From a virus (lineage: Duplodnaviria > Caudoviricetes), in the IMG/VR virus record IMGVR_UViG_3300037067_012889, positions 128,001-192,000 of that record: a stretch of DNA of 64,000 bases. One strand, written 5' to 3'. The notes below the pieces were generated by a model. That model was not told where the DNA came from and made no database searches. It was given only the letters and a program-made list of their open reading frames with translations. Both the position numbers and the translations under genes were made by a program. How positions within the stretch are numbered: the first letter of the stretch is position 1; every line of letters begins with the position of its first letter. This document shows, one piece after another, positions 1 to 10,365 of the stretch.

Positions 1-2
1 GT

Positions 3-575
3 AATAACTCCGTTGAAATCTTCAATCGCCACAAGAGCACCCATAAGACTTTCACGCTCAGCAAAGAACTCCATGACGAGCTACTGATTGTCTTCAGAGA
101 CATATTTGGTCTTGACTCCGCCGATTGGTCATATGCCGATGGTGGGATTCTCGATGGCAAAAGCAAGCATATCTCTGGTCTTGTAGTTATTTGGGACATT
201 TTGGTGCGTAATGGTGATTGGCTGCTTGGCTCGACCTACCAAGAACGCTACAACTGGCTGCTCGAAAAAGCGGCCGCCGCTGGCGGCAAACCGTTCATCG
301 TCACCATCAACGGGCAGGAGTTCGATTTTGGCATCAAACTAAGCGAGCATGTCTTCCTGCCACGATTCTTCAATGATCTCAGCACTGCCTGGGAACTCAC
401 ACAAGTGGTCAACAAAGCCGCTGGATGGAGTACAGAGGGAGGCGGAGAGCCTGTATTAGAAGGCGTAATTCTAAAAGATCCACATGGCACGCTGAAACCA
501 GACAACGGCAAAGCAGAAAACAATAACGACTGGAGCGCAAGAAGTCGTGTCAGGACCGGTCGCCATCGTAACTAG
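3..575 (+). CDS. ATP-dependent ligase-like nucleotidyltransferase domain protein (5' truncated by window)
   Basis: Frame is open from position 3: IFNRH (motif Ia-like), YADGGIL (motif III-like), VVIWDIL (IIIa), EGVILKD (IV). Ends without an OB domain. Confidence 0.6.
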   Translation, partial: NNSVEIFNRHKSTHKTFTLSKELHDELLIVFRDIFGLDSADWSYADGGILDGKSKHISGLVVIWDILVRNGDWLLGSTYQERYNWLLEKAAAAGGKPFIVTINGQEFDFGIKLSEHVFLPRFFNDLSTAWELTQVVNKAAGWSTEGGGEPVLEGVILKDPHGTLKPDNGKAENNNDWSARSRVRTGRHRN

Positions 576-600
576 GACATATCCATCGCCAGGATGAATC

Positions 601-801
601 ATGCAAGTAAAGAAAATCACAATCGGCTTCGTTACACAGGTCTTCGACACGGACCTCAAACGATTTATAAGCCAGAAATTCACAACGGGCGATGAATGCA
701 ATTACGAAGGCGAGAAAGGTGAGGCCATTGAACCCGACTTATTAGAAGTCGATGGGCGGAGAGCATATCTGCCCTATGATATGGTGCAACCAGAGGCATA
801 G
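601..801 (+). CDS. hypothetical protein
   Basis: 66-aa ORF with AGGA upstream, within a co-directional small-gene run. Confidence 0.6.
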   Translation: MQVKKITIGFVTQVFDTDLKRFISQKFTTGDECNYEGEKGEAIEPDLLEVDGRRAYLPYDMVQPEA

Positions 802-804
802 TTA

Positions 805-1302
805 ATGACTGAATATGAAGTAGCGCTAAAAAACTACATCGAGCAGTTGGCTGCTCTACAACGTAGCATATCCAGAAACAACTGGATATATCACAGTGTA
901 GAGGAAATTGTTCTAGAAATCGGGCAGTTTGATATTGTCCGGCCACTTCCAAAGAGTATTAAACGTGGAAGGATGGGGTTGTGCTTCCAAAATGCCTTTA
1001 GATTGATGGAACAAGGCTTCATTTATGTCGAAGGTATCGCAGTTCCGGGAGGCACCGGATTTCCCGTACATCATGGGTGGTGTGTCGATCAATTCAACAA
1101 TGTACTAGATCCAACTTGGAAGGACGGTGTTGCATATCTTGGTATCCATCTAAACAAGATGTTCATATACCAACGAATCTTGCAGAGACGTAAATATGGC
1201 GTCTTTGACAACATAGAAGCGCGAGATCTGTATGAAAATGGCTTACCAGCAGATGCATTGGCAAAGAATGAAGCCTGTGTAATTTCAGGACCATCTAAAT
1301 GA
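805..1302 (+). CDS. transglutaminase/papain-like Cys-His-Asp domain protein
   Basis: GLCFQNA...YVEG...PVHHGWCVD...VLDPTW pattern gives a Cys-His-Asp triad. Confidence 0.55.
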   Translation: MTEYEVALKNYIEQLAALQRSISRNNWIYHSVEEIVLEIGQFDIVRPLPKSIKRGRMGLCFQNAFRLMEQGFIYVEGIAVPGGTGFPVHHGWCVDQFNNVLDPTWKDGVAYLGIHLNKMFIYQRILQRRKYGVFDNIEARDLYENGLPADALAKNEACVISGPSK

Positions 1303-1676
1303 GAACTATTTATCAAAGCAGTTACGACAAATCACACGCCGATGTGTTTGAGGCCAAGATCTCGGAAATCAAATTCGGACCCATTGATCCAAATTTCAAA
1401 TATGACGACTGGACAAAACACATCATCAATATGTTCGACAAGATCGAACTAGAAGAAGGCGATTTGTGTATCAAAGAATCGTCTACGAACGCATCACCAC
1501 CAAGTAGAATATTCAGGATCAAAAAACCAGAGTGCTTATTCTGGTATGTCGATGTTATACCAGCCACACGACAATTCTTATTCATCAAAGACAAAGCACA
1601 TACACAATGTCTTAGCCCAGAAGAAGGCATTGCTAATCTGACCCGTGAGATATCTAAAATAGTCTTTGGACAATAA
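1299..1676 (+). CDS. hypothetical protein
   Basis: 125-aa ORF, ATGA overlap with previous gene. Confidence 0.65.
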   Translation: MRTIYQSSYDKSHADVFEAKISEIKFGPIDPNFKYDDWTKHIINMFDKIELEEGDLCIKESSTNASPPSRIFRIKKPECLFWYVDVIPATRQFLFIKDKAHTQCLSPEEGIANLTREISKIVFGQ

Positions 1677-1678
1677 TA

Positions 1679-1936
1679 ATGGACGCACGAGACAGGGCAT
1701 GCATTTGCGGCGAATTTGAAAATGAAGTATTGTCATGCAGAGACATGCTACAACCGATAATAGACGGTCAAATTACACGTGGGCATTGTATAGCAGGACA
1801 ACGAGAAGCATATGGTGGTGTTCCTGGAAAACGAAAAACAACATTCGCAGATGCTAGACAGATTGCAAAAACCATTATATGTAGGCTCGATCGTGCTGTG
1901 AATAAATTCAACGAGCGCATGGAAGATGACAAATAG
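1679..1936 (+). CDS. hypothetical protein
   Basis: 85-aa ORF tightly packed in the operon. Confidence 0.55.
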   Translation: MDARDRACICGEFENEVLSCRDMLQPIIDGQITRGHCIAGQREAYGGVPGKRKTTFADARQIAKTIICRLDRAVNKFNERMEDDK

Positions 1937-2039
1937 CGAAGGCTAGCACTGGTGCTCAGTGGGTTTGCCCGATCCATAATCCCACAGTTTGGGGCTTCAC
2001 GGGACGAATGATGCGTGTGAGGTCCATTTTGAGAAAACA

Positions 2040-2231
2040 ATGTCAACTTTAGATATCAAAACCGAAGAGTTCCAACGAAACGAACTTGCAAAGCTACTAG
2101 CTCTTTGCACTATCGAACAACAAAAACTATTCCGTGAACGTGTGTTCCCGAACGGAGTTCCTACAGATAAGCTTGTATCGGCATATGACCTTTGTGAACG
2201 AACATTAAAGAAGAACTCCGATAGACGATAA
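2040..2231 (+). CDS. hypothetical protein
   Basis: Start moved to ATG 2040 (GAG upstream); MSTLDIK... Confidence 0.55.
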   Translation: MSTLDIKTEEFQRNELAKLLALCTIEQQKLFRERVFPNGVPTDKLVSAYDLCERTLKKNSDRR

Positions 2232-2302
2232 GTTATATTGCTGCGATTTAGGATGGCAGCGATTCACATTATACGGATCTGCTCAAATAGCTAGAGGCTA
2301 TC

Positions 2303-2830
2303 ATGGACCTTAGTTTCCTTGAAGACGAAAAACCTACTCTGCCAATTCCCAGAACTAAGCTATCTTTTGGATTCGTCGGTTGGATATTCGGATTTGTTTG
2401 TCTAGTACTCTTATGTGCTGTTCTTTATAAAACGAACACATCTACACAGTCAAATATGGCGTCGGCGTTTATTACGCCGGAATCAACACAACAAACTGGT
2501 AGTTCGACAACGATGACAAAGGAAGAGTGGTATGAGAGATATAAAAAACTCAAACCACTCTGTGAAGCCAGGCTCAATAAATTATGTCCTAAGGGCACTT
2601 CTCTGGAAGAGGATATAAAATGTATTCACAAAGACGATCTTTACATGATCTTTGGAAAACCGTTTAAAACACAACGCATAGAAGGATGTGTATTCCTGTA
2701 TTGGCAGTGTACTGACGGAATAGTACAAGTCAAACCATATATCGAACAATGGGTCGGAATTACTGGCAACAAACATCAATTCTTCCTTAATGATGATAAA
2801 ATCATTAAGTGCGAGATAAACGATTTCTGA
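2303..2830 (+). CDS. single-pass membrane protein
   Basis: GAGG RBS; hydrophobic segment FGFVGWIFGFVCLVLLCAVLY. Confidence 0.65.
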   Translation: MDLSFLEDEKPTLPIPRTKLSFGFVGWIFGFVCLVLLCAVLYKTNTSTQSNMASAFITPESTQQTGSSTTMTKEEWYERYKKLKPLCEARLNKLCPKGTSLEEDIKCIHKDDLYMIFGKPFKTQRIEGCVFLYWQCTDGIVQVKPYIEQWVGITGNKHQFFLNDDKIIKCEINDF

Positions 2831-2842
2831 TTCGAGGAACAC

Positions 2843-3046
2843 ATGAAAGTTTATTCAGTATCTGATGTTTCTAGAATCTGCGACGTCAGTCTTGTGACCG
2901 TTATAGCATGGTTTGATAGGGGCTTGCTCAAAGGACACAGAACACCAGGGAACTTAGAACGCCGTATTCCACAAGAGCATCTAGTGGAATTTATGAAAGA
3001 ACATAAACTCACAATCCCAACGGAACTCGAAGAATGTTTGAGTTAG
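2843..3046 (+). CDS. MerR/excisionase-like helix-turn-helix DNA-binding protein
   Basis: VYSVSDVSRICDVSLVTVIAWFDRGLLKGHRTPGNLERRIP...FMKEH is an HTH_17-type pattern; GAGG RBS. Confidence 0.85.
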   Translation: MKVYSVSDVSRICDVSLVTVIAWFDRGLLKGHRTPGNLERRIPQEHLVEFMKEHKLTIPTELEECLS

Positions 3047-3273
3047 ATGCTGAGCAATCGAAAAGGTTGAACGAGTGGTGCAGTGAACAAGATAAGAAAG
3101 TCATGGAATCTCAAAAGGGCACCGAAGTAGAACACTCGGGGGAAGCTTATTATGGGTGTTCTGGTGGCTCTGTAACATATATGTTCACACCAACAACACT
3201 CGGGCTTGTTGTGAAAGTCCAAAATAATATGACTGGTGAGATTATCGATCTCACAGATTACGAATCGTGGTGA
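3034..3273 (+). CDS. conserved phage hypothetical protein
   Basis: GCSGGSVTYMFTPTTLG...IDLTDYESW motif typical of small phage proteins. Confidence 0.65.
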   Translation: MFELDAEQSKRLNEWCSEQDKKVMESQKGTEVEHSGEAYYGCSGGSVTYMFTPTTLGLVVKVQNNMTGEIIDLTDYESW

Positions 3274-3277
3274 TAAT

Positions 3278-3433
3278 ATGAGTAGATCTGGCAGGGAAGA
3301 GAAAGTAAATCAGGGACATCGCAAATCATATGCGAGGATGAAGTCGTTTGGTCGTCATCGTGCTCGACAATTATCGAAATTGTCAGAAGATGCCACCAAT
3401 AAAGATATCAAGATAGCAAAGCACGTCCAGTAA
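3278..3433 (+). CDS. small basic hypothetical protein
   Basis: ATG 3278 in frame with track ORF 3236..3433. Confidence 0.35.
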   Translation: MSRSGREEKVNQGHRKSYARMKSFGRHRARQLSKLSEDATNKDIKIAKHVQ

Positions 3434-3435
3434 TT

Positions 3436-3744
3436 CTATCGACTCGGATAACCCACTGTGGTATTTTGCGCCGCGCGCCACTGAACATCATGATGGCATC
3501 GATGTCTGCAGTCGTCGATGCATTCTCGATCTGACGGGCTGGGACAAGCGTGATGACTTGTGAAATGGTAATCATCATGCTTGCAATTCGACCAGGGCGA
3601 TTTTCTATTGACACATCTCATTTCTAGCTGTACCTGTTCATTTACAGCCTGTGTCCACGCTGCCTGAATCAGGCTAGTAACTTCATCCGAAGTATATGTC
3701 TGTCCTGGAACGACATATTCCTTAATAAATTCATCGTATGTCAT
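3436..3744 (-). CDS. hypothetical protein with Cys/His-rich C-terminus
   Basis: Start moved to MTYDEFIKEY (3744); C-terminal cluster of Cys and His. Confidence 0.5.
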   Translation of the reverse strand: MTYDEFIKEYVVPGQTYTSDEVTSLIQAAWTQAVNEQVQLEMRCVNRKSPWSNCKHDDYHFTSHHACPSPSDRECIDDCRHRCHHDVQWRAAQNTTVGYPSR

Positions 3745-3813
3745 AGTGGTGTCCCTGTATTTTATTTTCGATGGAGCTATTATATTAGATGCTACAAGAG
3801 GCAACAATCGAAA

Positions 3814-4053
3814 ATGATTCAAGATCATGGCCAAGATGGCATAGTCGTTAGTTATACAACGAGCGAGGCCAAAGTCCATTCTGCTAAAGATTGGGACGGT
3901 ATGATGAGATTCATCATAGATCATAGACCGATTGTGGTTCATCAGTTTTGGATTGATTCTGGCAAACCGGATGCTAATATACCAGATAGTTATAAGATGC
4001 TCTATAGTAAAGTGACACCAGCACCTGATACATACAGTCCTTCAGACATCTAA
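3814..4053 (+). CDS. hypothetical protein
   Basis: GAGG RBS, 79 aa. Confidence 0.5.
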   Translation: MIQDHGQDGIVVSYTTSEAKVHSAKDWDGMMRFIIDHRPIVVHQFWIDSGKPDANIPDSYKMLYSKVTPAPDTYSPSDI

Positions 4054-4286
4054 TGTTCGACGATATAGAGTATTACATATACAACGATTCGGAGGTTGAA
4101 ATGTGCACCGAAGAGAAACTACCAGATAATGATCCAAGAATAATTGCATGGAAAAATTTCAAGAGTACCCATAAATATAAAGATGCCAGATATTGGGTTG
4201 TAAGCGGCGAATCACATATCGAAGGATCGTTATGGGCTGTCTTTTTGGCGGGTTATGAGGCAGCAAAATCAGAAGCCCAACTCTGA
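4053..4286 (+). CDS. hypothetical protein
   Basis: TAATG coupling to previous gene. Confidence 0.55.
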   Translation: MFDDIEYYIYNDSEVEMCTEEKLPDNDPRIIAWKNFKSTHKYKDARYWVVSGESHIEGSLWAVFLAGYEAAKSEAQL

Positions 4287-4529
4287 CTCTAAGTTATCTA
4301 AAAGGGTCGGCGTCCAACTATCTTCACTTTCTGTGAATAGATATTTGTCGTTATTGTCTAACATTTCGACAAATATCTCCTTAGTAATATTTATTCCGTG
4401 ATTGGAACAATAATTACTAAACTCTTCAAATCGCACAGTCTCAGAGGCTGTCACATAGCTATTGAGCAGTTCTTGCGGTCTACAATTTACTTGTTCAGAT
4501 ATTGTAATAGCTATTCTTGAGACGTCCAT
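4269..4529 (-). CDS. hypothetical protein
   Basis: Start moved to MDVSRIAITISE (GAGAG upstream), which avoids overlap with the 4614 gene. Confidence 0.5.
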   Translation of the reverse strand: MDVSRIAITISEQVNCRPQELLNSYVTASETVRFEEFSNYCSNHGINITKEIFVEMLDNNDKYLFTESEDSWTPTLLDNLESELGF

Positions 4530-4613
4530 TGGAACTCTCACTGTTTGTTGTAGTGTTCGCTGTATGTTTGCTTGTGAAAGATAAATAGTAGTATATATGT
4601 TGAAGGAAACATA

Positions 4614-7600
4614 ATGGCCATAAAAACAAATCCGCATATTCCGACTTGGGTCTGCATGCCCGTAAACAATAATCGGACAGCTTACAGACCTTTCTCACTC
4701 CCTATGATCTTGATGGAAACAGACCGTCGAGATTTATCTGGTAATCAAATAGCCAATTCCGATGTAATAGTTCAAAACTGCGATTGCGGAGGTAATACAG
4801 AATGCGATTGTATGGGTGTCCTGACAACCACATGCAACGAATATTGTAGCGGTGCTGCTATACGAATTGTTATCGAAGACGTCCCACATAAAGCCATAGT
4901 TGCGGGACAGATTCCTATCGGTTTAATGTCTCCGGATCACGAGATATTCGCCAAGAATGTTTCTATGTCAGAAATGATTAGCAGGATGATCCATCCTGAA
5001 ATGCAATCATTTTATAGAATAACAGCCGTCAACGCAACGACCGGGGAGCAGACATTAATCCCGATAGATTATTCAGAGGCAGTTGGCGGTGATCTAATGC
5101 AGTATGAAACAGCGTCTGGATCTGTCGGCAATATAACATATTATCCGACCGCTAATTACTATGACTTCAGTGACATCGCTATAGAAACAGAACAATTGCC
5201 GCCAGATTGGTACAATATAAGCTATCAGGCACAATATTATGCAAGAGTAGAAAGTGCATCGACACCTGGACAATTAAACTGTATCGATATAACTCGTAAG
5301 GCAACATCTGTCTATCGTTTCAGAATGAATCATCCTGGTCAGGTGATGGAAGAAACAGTAAGGATGACGCCAGCACCTTACATGACCAGCGATAAGAAGA
5401 GCGAAGATTCGACTATAGAGTTTTATCGCCCATTTACCGATATCTTACAAGATATTTTCGATGAGCAATATTTATTGGGTAGTGTAAATTGGGTTGACTA
5501 TATTACACCACAATTCGTACCATACCTGTGCTATTTACTCGGACTTGACTTACCATATTATCCACAGAGTTTATATAGACTGCGTAAGACAATGCTGCGC
5601 AACGTTGTGCGGCTACAACAGCTCAAAGGATCAAGAAATGCAATTTATGATTTATTCGAGCTGTTCGGATATATCGTCTATGTCAATAAGCTTTATTGGT
5701 CCGCCGATGGAAAGCGATTGATACGCCCCGGCGAAAAATTGCCATCGGCTTATTCTGATCAAGAGATCGTAGTAGAAGAACGATGCCAGGTTGAACCAAT
5801 TTTAGTCGGATATAATACGAGTGGCTTCGGACAGCTAACGATACCACTGCTTTATCGCCCGACTTACACAGAGGTAAATCAAGGCGTCGCTACTGTAACT
5901 CGTCCTGGCGAAATAACAATAGATGCTTATCTTGTAAGGAAGAATGTAATAGGTAATGGCACTGTTTCAATTGCCCAGTCTACAGCAGCAATAGGAACAG
6001 GCACAACATTCTTAACCGATTTTGCTGTCAATGACACAATAACAGTGTCTGGTGAAACAGTAAAAATTATCTCTGCGATTATAGACGACACGCACCTAAC
6101 TGTCACCACTGCTTTTCAGAATATAACCAACAACACAACATATAGTTATGTTAGTAGAACTTATAAGAGGTTGGAAGCGATCGCCTGCGGAATAGGTACT
6201 GCAGCTACAGGATGCAACAACAATCCTAGTGATTTTACCGCATGTGTTGTGCCATCGTTATCAGACGCAGAGACTGATGGTGTCGAAAGCTGGTCGAGAG
6301 TAGTAATTGAACGATCTTCCAACTTTGCCAACCCCGATGAAGATAGCTCAACTGGCGACCAGCCACCTTTTACTCATAATGGCGTCAGTATAGATAGAAA
6401 AGGCAATCTATTACATCTCACGTTCAACGGTGCTATACAATTTGATGATAAATATGCACAACAAGGAACAAACGCACTAAACAGCGAATTGTTACTATAT
6501 GCTTTTGCTATTTATAATCGTGAAGAACTGATTGTACCAGATAAAATAAAGAATTTATATAGCAACAGATTCGATATTCAATTATTAACCCAAGACGGAG
6601 AACAGATAAGTGGTGACATTCTAGAATTCTTAATCGATTATTTATTCAAGATTAAAGCTTTCCATTCGCTACTACATACTCTCATTTACCATGCTAATCT
6701 AAGTGAGACATATCAAGTAACGCCATTCTGTGTTGGGGGCGATCTTGAACAGCGCTATAACATAGATGCTGGCAAATTGCAAGTGCCACCGGCAATTCTG
6801 CCGAAAACACCGATTGATGACTGTTCGGCAGATCCTGGCGATTTAGGATATAAACCAGAAGATATCGCACTTAGAAAGAAAATATTAGACAATCTACCTG
6901 AAGAATTTCAATCGTGGGTTGACGTTAAACAGTATATGTCACAAAAAGCCGTTATTGGTGCAACTGGGCCGGTTTATATCGATAGGACCGTCGAACAAGT
7001 TGGCGACGAACGCTTAGCACCAACACCAGCAAAAGATGACACAGATTGCAGATTCACGTATCGCGGTCAAGATCGATTAATACCTGGAAATGCTACAGAT
7101 CAAGATACTATTGTATATGATCCCACACCATTTTCGAATACACAGAGCCTAGAAAGTCAGTCAACAACTGACTTGTCTCCAATAACGACTGGAATGCACG
7201 GTGTTTTCTACCCGACCGGTGCAGAGGCTTCTACAAACAATGATAGCTCTAAGTATAGCATATTCGATAGAGAGTACTCAACATTCCAAAACACTTTCTG
7301 CGAATTAGACGGAATATCGGATTATTGTTATAAAGGACGTGTAGAAGATGAAGTATTACATAGAATGACATTGATAGGCGATGAACAATACAAAGCTACG
7401 CCATGTAAAGTCACAATGGGTACAGGGATTTATTATACTTTCGCGGCTACGTCAGAATTGACAAATTCCGTTCAAGGATCAGGTTTAAAGCAATCATATA
7501 CAGCACCTCTTACACGTTCAAATAATAGTTTCTTAGGAAGATTGCTGCGAGCATATGATACTGTTCAAAGCGAGAACGTACATTTTACAGATCGACCATA

Positions 7601-8891
7601 TCTGATTAACGGCGTATCTGGTGAACAGAATATGTTGGCATTACAAAGGAAAAGCCTTGGGATCCAAGTACCGCTAATACACTTTCCAGGAACAAGATTC
7701 GCAACAGTCAATAAGTTAGAATTAGACTTCGAGCATCCAACATGGAGAGCCAAACCTTGGGATGACCAATATAGTACAAGCTGCGGCCCTAATAATCAGT
7801 CTTGTAGCAAGCCAACATATTTGAATGCCAAAATAGAAACAGATACGTCAGGCGATCAATACCTTGTATTCGATGATGTACCATTCACAATCATATCTAA
7901 TGGATTATATCCAGACATTCCAAGTTTTGGGTCGCATATTCTCGGTACAAACAAGCGCTTCGATGATAGCGACGTTGTTCATTCGGTCTACTCTACTCAA
8001 CCAGCTGGAAACGGAGCAATTACACTAGATACTACGGTTCCACCGACTAGACTAATACTTACAGACACAGACGATTATGTAAGTGGTGGCGTAACATGGA
8101 CATACGGATACACATTTACTGACGCGCCAACAATTACAATTGGTATAGAATTAAAATCTGGACTTCCGGATAATATTTATACACTATCAGCCAAAATAAT
8201 AACAGTAACTAATTCATATGCAGTAATCAAGGTTTATAAATCAGTTCTTGATGGTGTCGATATTGTGTTTAGCGAGTGTGCGACAGATGATGTAGCAGTG
8301 CATATGAGAGCTTGCTCAGCCGATACTGTCATGAATGCAGGAGATTCGCCGTTATTTTCATCGGCGACTCTATGTAAGGGAGTTGACCCATACTATATCG
8401 ATTACATAGATGGGTATCCAGCTTCATATGGATATCAAGATTATGTTTATGACGATTTCGATAGATCTGGGACTTTGACTGAATTATTTAACGAGCTTGA
8501 AATCGATCGCTCTGTTCCGACAGGTACAAGTATATTATTCTTCTTCATCAGTGGTATACGGTATCAGACGGCATATCGCTTCGATTGTGGATGCTCGGCC
8601 TTATTATGCGATTCTAGCACATCTCCGACGTCGGAAATTGATGTCTTAGATTGTTCTTTAGGCCATTATCAAGACGAGGTTTTGCCTTTTGATTTCGCCG
8701 ATGGTGAAACACGATATGGATATGACTATAATTCAGATAAGGTAGTAACAGATATAACTCTATACGCCGAGGAAAAGATTGGTGTATGTGATGTGGCATT
8801 CGACGGGCAATTGGTCTGGGATGAACAACACAAAACTTACAGACAGATGAACATGTTTGAACTCTGCAATGGATTTCCTACGTGTTTGTAG
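4614..8891 (+). CDS. large baseplate wedge / tail protein (P2 gpI-like domain)
   Basis: 1425 aa; FVPYLCYLLG...LRKTMLRNVVRLQQLKGSRNAIYDLFELFGY resembles the Tail_P2_I/baseplate wedge motif; Thr-rich beta inserts. Confidence 0.7.
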   Translation: MAIKTNPHIPTWVCMPVNNNRTAYRPFSLPMILMETDRRDLSGNQIANSDVIVQNCDCGGNTECDCMGVLTTTCNEYCSGAAIRIVIEDVPHKAIVAGQIPIGLMSPDHEIFAKNVSMSEMISRMIHPEMQSFYRITAVNATTGEQTLIPIDYSEAVGGDLMQYETASGSVGNITYYPTANYYDFSDIAIETEQLPPDWYNISYQAQYYARVESASTPGQLNCIDITRKATSVYRFRMNHPGQVMEETVRMTPAPYMTSDKKSEDSTIEFYRPFTDILQDIFDEQYLLGSVNWVDYITPQFVPYLCYLLGLDLPYYPQSLYRLRKTMLRNVVRLQQLKGSRNAIYDLFELFGYIVYVNKLYWSADGKRLIRPGEKLPSAYSDQEIVVEERCQVEPILVGYNTSGFGQLTIPLLYRPTYTEVNQGVATVTRPGEITIDAYLVRKNVIGNGTVSIAQSTAAIGTGTTFLTDFAVNDTITVSGETVKIISAIIDDTHLTVTTAFQNITNNTTYSYVSRTYKRLEAIACGIGTAATGCNNNPSDFTACVVPSLSDAETDGVESWSRVVIERSSNFANPDEDSSTGDQPPFTHNGVSIDRKGNLLHLTFNGAIQFDDKYAQQGTNALNSELLLYAFAIYNREELIVPDKIKNLYSNRFDIQLLTQDGEQISGDILEFLIDYLFKIKAFHSLLHTLIYHANLSETYQVTPFCVGGDLEQRYNIDAGKLQVPPAILPKTPIDDCSADPGDLGYKPEDIALRKKILDNLPEEFQSWVDVKQYMSQKAVIGATGPVYIDRTVEQVGDERLAPTPAKDDTDCRFTYRGQDRLIPGNATDQDTIVYDPTPFSNTQSLESQSTTDLSPITTGMHGVFYPTGAEASTNNDSSKYSIFDREYSTFQNTFCELDGISDYCYKGRVEDEVLHRMTLIGDEQYKATPCKVTMGTGIYYTFAATSELTNSVQGSGLKQSYTAPLTRSNNSFLGRLLRAYDTVQSENVHFTDRPYLINGVSGEQNMLALQRKSLGIQVPLIHFPGTRFATVNKLELDFEHPTWRAKPWDDQYSTSCGPNNQSCSKPTYLNAKIETDTSGDQYLVFDDVPFTIISNGLYPDIPSFGSHILGTNKRFDDSDVVHSVYSTQPAGNGAITLDTTVPPTRLILTDTDDYVSGGVTWTYGYTFTDAPTITIGIELKSGLPDNIYTLSAKIITVTNSYAVIKVYKSVLDGVDIVFSECATDDVAVHMRACSADTVMNAGDSPLFSSATLCKGVDPYYIDYIDGYPASYGYQDYVYDDFDRSGTLTELFNELEIDRSVPTGTSILFFFISGIRYQTAYRFDCGCSALLCDSSTSPTSEIDVLDCSLGHYQDEVLPFDFADGETRYGYDYNSDKVVTDITLYAEEKIGVCDVAFDGQLVWDEQHKTYRQMNMFELCNGFPTCL

Positions 8892-8937
8892 TTAGGAACT
8901 AGCACGTAATCAAATTTATAATATTGGAGGACATCAA

Positions 8938-9402
8938 ATGGCAGCGGCTAATAGTGTAGTTGGTTTTCTTTCTGGTATAGTGGCCTACGAAAACAACGAT
9001 GTTGGCAGTTTTCACTGTCAAGTCGAGTCACCAGATCTCGTCAACACGCTTGTTTGGAGCGTTGATGAGACTGGTAGCCGAATCGCCACTGGCGAGATGT
9101 ATAATATCGAATGGTATTACCCACTAGCTAATCTAATAGCTGGAATAGAATTATCTGCCGGGTTTACCTGGATGACCAATCCCCCAAGTCCAGTAAAAGC
9201 GATTAACGATGTTGTTATTCACTTAAACTTGACATTCACATTGGACGATGGGACTACCTGCCCGGTCTCGGCTACTTACGAGAATGGTGTCATGACCAAT
9301 CATACGGCAGTGCCGCCAACCTTGCCATCTAATATAACAAGTTTATTGGCGGCACTGACGCTCATGATCGACAAGGCAGTAACAGCGTGCCTGTTCACTT
9401 AA
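8938..9402 (+). CDS. putative virion structural protein
   Basis: GGAGG RBS, follows baseplate gene, preceded by CAAATTTA motif. Confidence 0.55.
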   Translation: MAAANSVVGFLSGIVAYENNDVGSFHCQVESPDLVNTLVWSVDETGSRIATGEMYNIEWYYPLANLIAGIELSAGFTWMTNPPSPVKAINDVVIHLNLTFTLDDGTTCPVSATYENGVMTNHTAVPPTLPSNITSLLAALTLMIDKAVTACLFT

Positions 9403-9492
9403 CCCTGTAGTCACCTTAGATCCCGCGCTGAATTCCCAAACGTTAATACTGTAATCACCTGGGAACGAGTGGAACTCTCCATTACGCCAATT

Positions 9493-9888
9493 TCAGAACT
9501 TGGCACGTATAATATCGACGTCGTGGCATCCGCCCTTTAGGACGATTTTTGCACCGCTTCCGCCATCGTCTGTGATTTCACATATTGAGTTGATGAACTC
9601 TAGAACCTCGTGCTCGAAATTGAGGTCTGTGTTCATCTTACCATTTCGTAATGGTACTACAAAATGTGGATGACCAGGATGTAATGTCTGCGTCAGCGAA
9701 GCCACAATATCGCGGACTTCATTTGGCGGAAGATTTCCGGTCTCAACATACATTACAGTTCTGATAGGAACACTCATATCATCGACCTCCCTAGATCGTG
9801 GTAATGCTTGAGTCGTCACAATCGGCTCACTCTTCGGTTTTTCGTCCTTAATTGCCGGTGGAATACTGCAACTTCTACATTTTCCCAT
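9493..9888 (-). CDS. hypothetical protein
   Basis: 131 aa, GGAG RBS. Confidence 0.65.
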   Translation of the reverse strand: MGKCRSCSIPPAIKDEKPKSEPIVTTQALPRSREVDDMSVPIRTVMYVETGNLPPNEVRDIVASLTQTLHPGHPHFVVPLRNGKMNTDLNFEHEVLEFINSICEITDDGGSGAKIVLKGGCHDVDIIRAKF

Positions 9889-10056
9889 TTTTCTACTCCA
9901 ATAAACAATAGCTTATTACACCTTACTATGAAATACGCTATAATGTATTTGACAAGAACCAGGCAACCAAACCAATGAGGTGTTATTATCGCATCAGCAA
10001 CACAATTCCCAGTCAATCTTGTTATACCACTAGCAACGGCTGAAGAATGCAAGTAT

Positions 10057-10365
10057 ATGGAGTTGCTAATAGCCGATCTAGTTGGACATGAACGACCAGA
10101 GGATCAGAAATGCGACTATGAACATATAGCATTTCTGACAAAGGCGTACTATGAAAATCCAGATGAAGGTCAGCGTGCTCGATTACTCATCAATGGCGAA
10201 GAAGTCAAGAGAGGCACCGTCGAGCAGATGAAAGAAGCCTATAGATTTCAAACCAGCATCAATCAGAAAGCCAATATTTCTGTGCAAGAATGGCAGAAGA
10301 AGCCATTGTCTGATAAACCGGCTGGCTTTGTGACAATAATGTCCAGAGCCGTACGGGTTTGTTAG
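10057..10365 (+). CDS. hypothetical protein
   Basis: 102 aa; frame is open upstream to 9979. Confidence 0.6.
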   Translation: MELLIADLVGHERPEDQKCDYEHIAFLTKAYYENPDEGQRARLLINGEEVKRGTVEQMKEAYRFQTSINQKANISVQEWQKKPLSDKPAGFVTIMSRAVRVC

